Positions 12,471 through 28,801 of a stretch of DNA of 53,850 nt are shown here, one piece after another. Origin of the DNA: Atractiella rhizophila (taxonomy: Eukaryota). The notes under the pieces are model-generated. The model was not told the DNA's origin. It worked only from the letters and a program-made list of their open reading frames with translations, and did not search any database. Positions within the stretch are counted from its first letter, which is position 1. Each line of letters starts with the position of its first letter. A program made the translations under genes and the position numbers. The stretch covers positions 1 through 53,850 of the forward strand of contig MU271488.1 of the NCBI GenBank assembly GCA_021432655.1, in the 5' to 3' direction.

Positions 12471-13768
12471 AGATTGAGCTCCGTTTGGGTAGATATCGGG
12501 AGACAAATGCTGAAGTGGGCGCCGAACTCGAGGATAGGGGCCAATTCGCTGGCTAACTGCCAATTTTGTATCAGCGGCTGCGTGGTGGGACTCAGAGACT
12601 GCCAGTAAGTGATGGAACACACCAATGCAAGGTCTCCTCGCATAAAACACGAGCCAAAGGTGGCTCTCTCAACCAGGAATTGCTCAAATTGTCGATCAGT
12701 CCGGAGCCGAGAGGGTAGGTCGGGTAGTGTTCTAATCTGCTTTTATTTCGACCAACACCAAACGAAAGGTGACTCTGTAGGGAAGGAACTGTGAGGGAGA
12801 GATAGCCATTGCAAGCTAGGTATTGTGTATAGTGAAGTTGGACTTGATGTACGTGTTTGCTCTACCAGCGCTGGGTGCACGAGCTTGGAGGCAACCTGCT
12901 TCAGGCTGCCTCCTTGTGGGCAAAAGAGCAAAGCAGTCTGCGTTATAGTAATGGGAGCAGCGCGTTTTAGTCCCGAACATACAGAACGACGTGGAATAGC
13001 CATGAGACTTAATACTCAGGCTGTCCAGTCTTGCTCGTTCCTCTAGCATCGTTCACTCTCACATAATCACAATGTGCCATTACTGAGCTTTATATTATTG
13101 CTAGTTCCAAGCGATGGGTCAAAATCTCTCCACCCTCGCTCGTCCAAGCATCGTTCTTCCCACCTCCTACCTATCTGAGCTCGGCGGTGACCTCGAATAC
13201 GACAAATCGTAGGTTTCGTCTCCTTCATCCACTTCTGCTTTATTCTCGTTCTCTGAAGCTTATTGTACTTTACGTGTTCCCAGACTTTCAAGCTCGCGCT
13301 TTCTCAAGACTATCAAAGGTCGCCATCGATCAGGTGCCCTCGTAATAAAGGTCTTTCTTAAACCTGACACCTCTCTTTCTCTCCGTACTTTGGTCCGGAA
13401 GCTCAAATGTGTGTTATTTCGATACCCGTATGGGAAGAGGACGATAAATAACCCTAGATGAGGAACAGCAGAGAAAGAAGAGCTCGCGCTCATACCCAAT
13501 GTCTTGCCTTACGATCGAATACTCGAGACTGAGAAAGCAGGATACCTCATTCGTTCGTGGAAACATATCAGCCTTTATGATCGAATTTCGACCCGTCCGT
13601 TTCTCAAAGAGGTGGAGAAGAAGTGGATCGTATTTCAGCTTTTGACTGCCCTAAGAGATTGTCGAGAGGCGAAGGTATTTTCTTGTTCCTTCTGAGTTTG
13701 TGGGTCTGCGACTGAGAGAGGTGCAGATTTCTCACGGCGACATCAAGAGCGAGAACATCCTCCTCACA
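12468..13768 (+). repeat. Copy B of the ~1.3-kb direct repeat
   Basis: Begins TCTAGATTGAGCT, as does 10758. Identity ends at ...CTCCTCACA (13768). Confidence 0.95.
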
Positions 13769-16700
13769 GTTCATTTCCACCAGATAGAAGGTGTAATTCA
13801 GCTGAAAGAGATGTAGGAGGGACACGATGCGATGCTTTCGGAGCTGCAAGCCATGTTTCAAGAACCTGTTGTTCAGCTTTTAACCGATCCTTCAAGCGCT
13901 GTCAAACGAGCACTTCTATTTAATATTGAAAAATTGTGTCGTTTCTTTGGACGAGGTAAGAGCAACGACGTGCTCCTGTCACATATCATCACCTACCTAA
14001 ATGAGAGGGAGGATTGGATGCTCCGGGCGGCATTCTTCGAAAGTCTTGTCGGCGTTGCGAGATGTGTGGGAGGGAGGAGCATGGAGGATTATGTCCTCCC
14101 CTTACTCGCACAGGCCTTGTCTGGTATGACAACATTCCTCCGACCTATTTTCCGATTCTCCTGACCTCTGCGCGGCTTAGACGTGGAGGATTTCGTTGTA
14201 ACACGAGCGATCGCCGCCCTCAACGAGCTCGCAGAACTCAAGCTGTTTCAAAAAGCGAAAATTTGGGAGCTTGTCGGCATGCTCCTTGGCTTCCTCTGCC
14301 ATCCTAACCTCTGGATACGACAAGGCACGATCAGCTTCCTATCTTCTGTTACATCACTTACACGGTGTTGTAGGAGCTTCCAGATTTATTGCAACGGTAG
14401 CCAGCCTTCTTCCGGAAACAGATGCGTGGTGCATCCTTTACCCTGCACTACGAAGGCTGCTACGAGCCGATGTGAAGACATTGAGCTACGAAAGCATACT
14501 TTCGACGTTGCAACGACCCGTACGCTGAATCTTTGCCATATTCCCAAACACTCAACACAGGTATGACAGGTTCCTCGAATCGTGTTTGAGGCGGCGGTCG
14601 CATGGTCGGCAAGGTCCCCAAAGTCTACTTTCTGGAAAGGCTCGAAAGGGCAGAAAAAGGTGGCATCCAATTATTCAGATGCAGCAAAATCAGATGAGTA
14701 AGTGCAGCTTTCTTACTTGATTAGTCTTTGAAACTTGGGGAACCAGTGATCGTCAACTGGACAAATTGCGACAATTAGGCATGGAACCTCAGGATGAGTT
14801 GAAGATAATGGCAATGCGCGACTACATTAACAAGCTCGCCGCTGCTCGTCAAAGGTGCTTGCTCCCCTTCTCCAATACCCCCACTAACCGCGAATAGTGT
14901 GTCGCGTGATTCCTTGAATGAAGCGGATAACGCTGGCTCGTTCAACCTTCAAGACTTAGGTGTAACACTGGAAACTATTTTCTTCAATGTCGGAGGAACG
15001 CAAGATGGTGGATCAGGACGCTCGAAACTTCATTCCGTGGATTCGTGGCCTCGGCGTTTTGCACCAGATGTTCCTCGCTCACCTGCTTCTGTTGATTTTA
15101 GTCGAAGCAGAGCGTCTTTCTCTGAGGGCCCTTCCGCGGTTGAAGACCTACGCCGAAAACTTGCAAGAGTAGGAGGTTCTTCGAGTTCCCTTTCCGGGAC
15201 CCCTACTCTGCATGCAATTTCAGATCCTGTCTCTCCCTCCAACGTCAGCGAGCGAGCCATTTCCCCTGCCCTCACCCCTCGCGCAGATTTCAACCCCATT
15301 CTGTCTCCAACAACATCGACTCCAGATAATCCATCGGACTCGACTTCCACGATCAGACCAGAAGTCAAGAAAGAAGCAGGAACCAGTTTGGAACGGCAAA
15401 AGAGCAAGTTAACAGCCAATGGTGTGGAGATCGGAAGAGGAGCTCCCGCTGTTGCGTCTGACCTCTCGAATGCGATGGGAATGATGGACATCGAGGGACG
15501 CTACGCTGGCAGCGCACTCGACGACGACGCTATGTCTGGAATCACTACCCCTGGCTCCCTCTTGATCAACCGACGACAATCGACAAAGGCCGCTGATTTG
15601 CAACGCTTTGTCAGCACCTATGGTAAGACAATGTCTCCTGCTATTGGCATCAATTGATTGCTTATGTGCAGAGGGTTCTGATCCTGGAATCAATCATCTC
15701 CTTGAACGCATCTACCTTGAAAGCTACCGGGAACCGCTACCCGAGTTTGGTAGCTATGTCAAGGAAGGGATTCCTCGTCGACGAGCGCTTAGGGCGAGTT
15801 TCCCCATTCGAGAGCGAGCGCCAAAACGACCTGAAGGGACGCTTATCGCTCATCTCAGCGAGCATACCGATGCAGTCAATGCCATTTCTGTGTCTCCAGA
15901 CCATCTTTTCTTTGCCACAAGTTCGGATGATGGTAGTGTGAAGGTATGGGATACTACGAGATTGGAACGCAATGTCACGAGTCGATCGAGACATACCTAT
16001 AATCAGGGAGGAAAAGTCGTCAATGTCTGCGTGCTGGAGAATAGCCATTGCATTGCAAGCTGCTCAACAAATGGAACCATTTGGGTGCACAGAGTCGACG
16101 TCAGCCTCAGCGGTGCAATGCCCAAGTATGGGAAGCACCGGTTGATCCGTCAACACAAGCTCGATGATGGAGACTTTGCTACTTGTTTGTTACACTATAA
16201 TACAGGTAAATTGCTTCGATATTCGACGTGGTGAACACTGATTTGACTATGTGTTCAGATACGACTTCGAATCTAGTTTACGGCACCTCTAATTCTCTCA
16301 TCCAAACCATCGATCTCCGTACCATGCGGATTCTTTCCACTCTCGAGAATCCACTGCACTTGGGCCCGATAACATGTCTTTGTATTGACAAGAAGCGAAG
16401 TTGGCTCCTCGTTGGGACGATTGGAGGATGCTTAACGCTTTGGGATTTACGTTTCGGGCTCCGTTTACGCTCGTGGTATGTAGGTGGAGGACAGAAGCAT
16501 TCTCTTGGCCGAATACACCAGATATCAATCCACCCAACCAGGGGGAAGGGGCGATGGGTCATTGTTGCTTTTGAGAGTTGGCCCGGGAGACATAGGAAGG
16601 CAAGCGAGGGACTGGAAGTATGGGACATTGAACATGGACGTAAAGTGGAGATGTTCCAAGTGGTGGAAAAAGAGACTTCTCAAGCCTCGCCGGCCGAATA

Positions 16701-17432
16701 CGCGGTTGATGCTAGCGTTGTCAATCTCACTGCGGCGGCAGCGATTGAGAAGTTCCTAGCCCAACTCGACCCAAGGACAGCATCATTCTCGTCCATGTCA
16801 GCCCATCGAGGCTCGGATGCCGATGAAGAATCTGACGAAGAGCAAGAGGCGTTGTTTTCTGCCGCAAGGAATCGTCAAGTTGGGCCCGGAATGCAGACCT
16901 TCTTGGTTGGAAGCGACTACTCTGGCCGAGGGCTCTCGTCAGGTCTAGCTTCCTCCGCCTCTGCCGCTCCAGCAAGGAAAACAGTAGTTCCTCTTGAGAC
17001 AGTTGCAGAATCAGGGGATTCTTCAGCCTCGACTTCTTCATCACATGGTTTCATCGTCACTGCCGGACAAGACCGTAAAGTGAGATATTGGGATCTAGGA
17101 AATGTGGAACATAGTGCCATTATCAGTGGACTAGACCTTGAGGAGGAAAAGCCGAGTTATACGTACAGTTTACCCTTCTGATGCATGGTTGATACTAACA
17201 GCGGTATCGTAGCGTCCTCCGTTCCACCCCGACCATCTATACTGAAATCACCAATCCTGCGAAGAAATCCTCGAATCCATCGCGACCTCACCGTGCAACT
17301 TTGATAGCACAAAATCAAAACAGCATATTGAAGGGCCACCAGGATGTTGTGTCCGCACTTGCTATCATTGACCTTCCTTTCAGATGTCTCGTTTCGTGCA
17401 GTAGGGATGGAGTTATCAAGGTATTTGAGTAA
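13114..17432 (+). CDS. VPS15: Vps15 / PIK3R4 (kinase N-part, HEAT repeats, WD40) with a large internal segment missing
   Basis: Same 5' exons as copy A, then HEAT (VKRALL...NDVLLSHIITYLN...DWMLRAAFF, CHPNLWIR) and WD40 (HLSEHTDAVN, SDDGSVKVWD, AGQDRKVRYWD). Ends DGVIKVFE*. Confidence 0.88.
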
Positions 17433-17681
17433 TATGTCGCTTTTGCTTCCATACTAGATCGGTTGTGCCCCATATTGTAATGTCAACCAAAAAGTCTAAA
17501 GGGTCGTACGGTAGCTTCTTTCGAAAGCTTGCGCTGACAAGTTCAACATTTCTCATATACAGTTGAATTGAGGTTGGAAAAATGCCGAATTTGATGCCCG
17601 AATGCAATACACGACAAGACACAGCAAATGTAGATGTCTGTACGAAAGCTGCACGTTCCTATGTCATCTGTCTAAAAGCAC

Positions 17682-19586
17682 TCAATACCGAAGCCTCCAA
17701 GCTCCATCCTGCACATCTTCCATATCGAACTCGTTGACAAACCCGTAGCCACCGGGCTCGGGAGCATCCTTTCGATGAGGAACAGGGGCAGGTGGGGATT
17801 CGTACAACTTCGGTTTCCTAAGATTATATCTGGTCAATATTGTCCAAAGAGGCAGGAAGAATCGTACTTCTCCCCCGCCGCAATAGAAGGAAAAGAGGCG
17901 AACAGGTTCGGGTTCTTTGGTAGAGGGGCTTCTCTAAATTATGATGACCACAGTGAGATTCGCTTTCACCTGTCATAGAGAGAAAGAGGGCGGGAGCTGA
18001 CTTACGAAAAATAGGGATCCTTCACGGCTTCAGCAGCCGTGATGCGTGTCTCTGGATTGTAGGTCAAGAAGGAGGATAGGAGATCGAGCCCTGAGGAATT
18101 GAGGAACTTAAATGTCGATCGTAAGGAAGAGTACCTAGTTACACGCTTCAGTTTCTCATCCAGCCAATCAACATGGTGTATAAACGCACGGAGGGTATGA
18201 AGACGTGTTCAATGCCTTGTATCCTTTCAGTTCTTTTACCTCAGGCCATGCCTCAGTTGATGGAGCACCAAGGAGTTTTAGGATCTATTGCCATTCAGCA
18301 GCAGAATGGAGTTGGTCCCTAAGCTTTGACGAAAAAAATCATAAAGGAAACGAACGCGATTGATCTGGTCAATCTCTCCCTTTCCCTGCATCACAGGTTC
18401 TCCCAGGACGAGTTCGCCAAAAATGCAGCCTACGGACCAGAGGTCTATCGCTGTCGTGTACTCCTGCGCTCCCAGAAGGAGCTCTGGTGCTCTACAACAG
18501 GATAGTATCAGCAGCTCGAAACGGAGCGGGGGATGAGAGGAAGCACACCGATACCATAGGGTCACAACGAGAGGGGTCATGGGTCTCATTGGATCCCCAA
18601 ATGTTCTTGCAAGCCCGAAATCCGCAAGCTTCAGCTGTCCGCTTTCAAACCCATACTCGTCAGCAGTTCCTTGAAGCATAAGCATGGGATGACCCAACCG
18701 GTTGTTCAGAAGCAGATTAGACGTTTTTAGGTCTCGATGGATGATCCAATTGGCATGCAAATGCGCGAGAGCGGAGAGGAGCTGGGAGAGAAGAGTCTTG
18801 ATTTCGGATATGAGGAAAGGTTGGGGGTTGAGCGTGAGCAGCGACTTGAGGTCGTGCTCAATGAAATCAAACACCAGATACACCCTTTAGAGAAATTGTT
18901 AGCCATCAAGTTCAACAAGGGGAGAGCGAGACGACTCACTGCGTTAATGTGTCCCCCACGACCACCTCACGTAGCCGCACAATGTTTTCGTGATCGGTAG
19001 CCTGATCATCTACTAATTCAGTGATAGGAGACGTTGATGATGTGGAACGCACCTTGAGTAAACACTCTATCTCTCTCAACGACGTGATTGGAAATCCATT
19101 CCTCGCCCCTTCCATCTTCAGCTTCTTCAGGGCCACAATCTCGCCTGTTTCTTTAACCCTTGCTCTCGAAACGATCCCATAACTTCCTGTCACCAGAGCA
19201 AATCGATTTGATTCTCAGCGAAGTAAATTGATTTAGAACAGTACCTTCCTCGATATGGTTAAGCTTCTCATAAGCATAAACGCTCCTACAACCCACAAGT
19301 GGCGGATGTAAAGCTCTGAGGTCTCGCTTTGGCAAGTTTCTTGTCCTGCCTCTTTCCTCCCGGGCAGAAGCAGAAGGAGACGCAGCGGCAGAAACGGTCA
19401 AGCGAGCAGGCGTCGCTGTTGCGCTCGTGCTTGCACTCATGCTGGACTTATGTCGTTTTCGTGGTGGTGGTACGCGGTCATCTACATCTTCGTCTGCTTC
19501 CCACCGTGACTTCTTGCGACCTGTCTCGACTGGTCAGCCGTGGAAAAACATCTTTGAATAGGAAAGGACTCACTTTCGCTATACAT
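17682..19586 (-). CDS. CDK11: PITSLRE-type cyclin-dependent kinase (CDK11/CDK10 family)
   Basis: [59 protein letters not shown]. Confidence 0.92.
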
Positions 19587-19911
19587 GCCTGTCAGTTCAA
19601 GCTGCTTTTCACTGAACTAGGCGTAGGTAGTACGTACAACAATCGTGTTGCTTCCCAAGTCACGTTTTTTTCTGACCTCAGCTCGAGTTCGAGTGAAAGG
19701 AATTTTCGCGGCTCAGGGCGAAGGCTAAGAAAGAGTGGAACGAAGGGAAGGAGCTATTTATCTGCTCAATTTGTTTGTGATTTGTATCTTCGGTTTTCGT
19801 CAACGTCTGCTCCGCGCCACCTTTTTGCAACTCAACTCCATCTTCTCAGCCCTAAGCTAGCCAACGATCTCCACGATATATATAACGTTCCCGCCATAAT
19901 ATTTTACAAAA

Positions 19912-25538
<5,627 letters not shown>

Positions 25539-25953
25539 CATTGTACCAGTCGCTGTTCCACGCCCATTTCGCATATGATTCACAACAACATTGACCACCC
25601 CTTTGAACTTTCCCTTCGTTCTCGGCCTATTGTTCCTGCGATGTGCCCTGCATACAGACCTGAATTATCGCATAGGGAAGGAACTAAAGCAGCTGGCTAA
25701 CGTGAGTGCATGAAGAGAAAAGGAAACCAAACCCGTCTTCCTGCGTTTTGTCCCATTTGCCCAAAGAAATTATAGGAGATTGGGATTGGAGATGCGATAG
25801 AGGCCTTGAAATGTGTGGGCTAAACGAGTTCGGGAGCGCTGAGACTGGGAAAAAGACGATTTAAGTGTGATTTTTGCAAGATAGAAGATCTGAAAACTCC
25901 GGGTACAAGCTGTAAACCATCGGTTGCGAGTTCTTCCTGCCGCCGTTGGAAGC

Positions 25954-25960
25954 TATAAAA
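25954..25960 (+). promoter_or_regulatory. TATA box of INO1
   Basis: TATAAAA followed by a pyrimidine-rich tract, about 340 nt upstream of the INO1 ATG. Confidence 0.6.
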
Positions 25961-26093
25961 GCCCCAGAGCTTTCCATTTCCCTTTTTCCTAAGACAACTC
26001 TGAAACAACTCTCGAGTTCTCATTGCCTTTCAAGCGCCCAACAACCCACCAAACCACCAGCATACTTGTCTCAGCCGGAAGGCAATAGTCAAG

Positions 26094-26243
26094 CTGTTCG
26101 CCAATTTGCTCTCAAGCACGCACAATACACACGCCGGGTTCGTATCTTCCCTTACTTGGTCTTGCCTGAGATGCTTATGCTACAATGGATGTAACAGAGC
26201 TCGCAAAATCACTGCACCCGGCATAGAACGTATCTCGCACTAG
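26094..26243 (+). promoter_or_regulatory. Candidate CUG-initiated spliced uORF in the INO1 leader
   Basis: tcaagCTG (A at -3). Intron 26138-26197 (GTTCGT...CAG). Peptide (M)FANLLSSTHNTHAGARKITAPGIERISH*. Confidence 0.5.
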
Positions 26244-26297
26244 ATCCAAAGTTCAAATTTCGGGAATCAACTCTATAACTCTAAAAAAAAATAAATC

Positions 26298-28318
26298 ATG
26301 GCACCATCAATCGATGTCCCCAGCTACACCAACGGCCACGCCAACGGGGTCTCCGACAAATCGACCCACGTACCAGAGTATGGCTTCACCCCTGTCGACC
26401 CTACTGCAGCGCGCAGGGTGCCAGAGCCTATCTCCATCACTTCGCCCAATACGACCTACGATGGAGATTTCATCTTCTCAAAATACGTCCACCATTCCGC
26501 CGAGGTGAACGTTATCGAGGACGAATCCTCTGGCGTTAAGGTGAACAGGTACGAAGTTAGGCCAACCGAAAGTGTCTGGGAGTTCAAGACGGAGAGGAAG
26601 GTGCCAAAGACTGGGTTCGTCTCTTTCTCTCATTTCCTTATTCCTCATTCTGACTTTGAACCTTTTAGGTTGATGATGGTGGGATGGGGAGGAAATAACG
26701 GGTCCACTTTGACAGCTACGCTCCTTGCCAATAAGCACAACCTCTCCTGGAAAACGAAGGAGGGTTTGAAGACCCCGAACTACCTCGGCTCTCTCGTTCG
26801 TGCCTCCACCATTCGCATTGGAGTCAACCCAGCCACTGGGAAGGATGTTTATGTACCCTTCTCCGATCTTCTCCCCATGGTCCACCCGAACGATCTCGTG
26901 ATTGGTGGATGGGACATCAGCGGCTTCAACCTCGACAAGGCTATGGAGAGGGCTGAGGTCCTCGATTGGGATCTCCAGCGCCAAGTTGCCCCCATGATGA
27001 AGGATATGAAGCCTCTTCCCTCAATCTATTATCCTGACTTCATCAATGCCAACCAGGAAGGGAGAGCGGATAACATTATAGCTGGTAATGACAAGTGGGA
27101 GCATGTCCTGAAGATCCAGAAGGACATTGAGGAATTCAAAGCGAAGAACCAGTGCGCTCGCTCCATTTCCTTGCTGCCCATATTAACGAGGTTGGATGCA
27201 GGTTGGATAAAGTCATCGTTCTCTGGACCGCCAACACGGAACGTTACTCCGAGATCATCCCAGGAGTGAACGACACGGCTGCGAACCTGCTCGAGTCCAT
27301 TAAGACCTCGCATGATGAGGTTTCTCCATCGACCATCTTTGCCGTCGCTTGTATCCTCGCGAAAGTGCCCTACATCAACGGTGCTCCTCAGAACACCTTC
27401 GTCCCTGGTGCGATCGACCTTGCCGAGCAGCACAAAGCTTTGATCGGAGGAGACGACTTCAAGTCCGGACAGACCAAGATCAAATCCGTCCTGGCTGAGT
27501 TCCTCGTCAATGCTGGTATCAAGCCCAAGTCCATTGCTTCCTACAACCATCTGGGCAACAACGATGGATGGAATCTCAGCGCCCAGAAACAGTTTAGGAG
27601 CAAGGAAATCTCTAAGAGCTCCGTCGTCGATGACATGGTCGCTTCCAACAACTTGTACGTATCGTTACTTTCTTCGCGCACATTTGCTGATGCCAAACGG
27701 ATAGATTATACAAGGAAGTCAAGGACCCTAACGTCACTGAGAAGGCGATCGCTGCTGGTGCGAAGGGAACCAAGACTGAGCACCCCGATCAGTACGTTGT
27801 GCTCCGCCATAACCCTGAAGCTTGGTCTAACAAGTTCTGCAGCATCATCGTCATCAAATATGTCCCTGCTGTCGGTGACACTAAGAAGGCGATCGACGAG
27901 TACAACAGCGAGATCATGATGCATGGCTCGAACGTGATCAATATCTTCAACCAATGCGAGGTTGGTCTTCGCCCATTCCTCCCTCCACCTCCTTGGCTGA
28001 CCTTCTGTTAAGGACTCTCTCCTTGCCTCCCCCTTGATCCTCGACCTGACCATCCTTGCCGAGCTCTTGACGAGGGTGAACTACCGCGCCAACGGGACTG
28101 GCGAGTTTGACACGCTCCATTCCGTCCTTGGTCTCCTCTCCTACATGCTCAAGGCACCTCTCACGAAGCCCGGAGAAGATGTTATCAACTCGCTTGGAAG
28201 GCAGAGGAACGCTCTCGAAGCCTTCTTGAAGGCTTGCATTGGTCTTCAACCCGGAAGCGACTTGATGAACTTCACCTATTTGGAGAGGTTGGAGTTGGAG
28301 AAAGCCCAAAAGGCTTGA
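26298..28318 (+). CDS. INO1: myo-inositol-1-phosphate synthase
   Basis: [59 protein letters not shown]. Confidence 0.98.
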
Positions 28319-28801
28319 TGGTGTCTCAATGACACGGTTTCTGCTCTCAAATCAAATCCCTCACAAAGAGGATGAATGTCTCCTGATCGAATAACCTCAT
28401 AAAGAGGATGAATCTTGAATGAAGCGATTAGATTTTATACGTATTGTCTCTTGCTCCGCGGTGCTCAGCGCTCTCGGTTGAATTCAGAAAAACGAAGTGG
28501 ATTGCAACGTAAAGGGGTGATGTACACGTAAAATAACATGGACCCAACGTGAGCATTGTAACACAGACCGTCAATAAGCTCAAATGTTCACTCAATAATG
28601 CGAAATAATGGTTCGAGAGAGAGAGAGCGACGGAAATGAGGGCACAGAGGTTCTTGAAGACGCGAAATACACTATTTGGGAGACAGTACGCGTGACAAGG
28701 TAAGGATAGAGATCCAGGACACGAACCGCAAACGCATTCAAGTCTGCCTCCTGTCATCGTGAGAACGGTTCGAACCGGAGGAGGAGCAACAAACGGACGC
28801 A

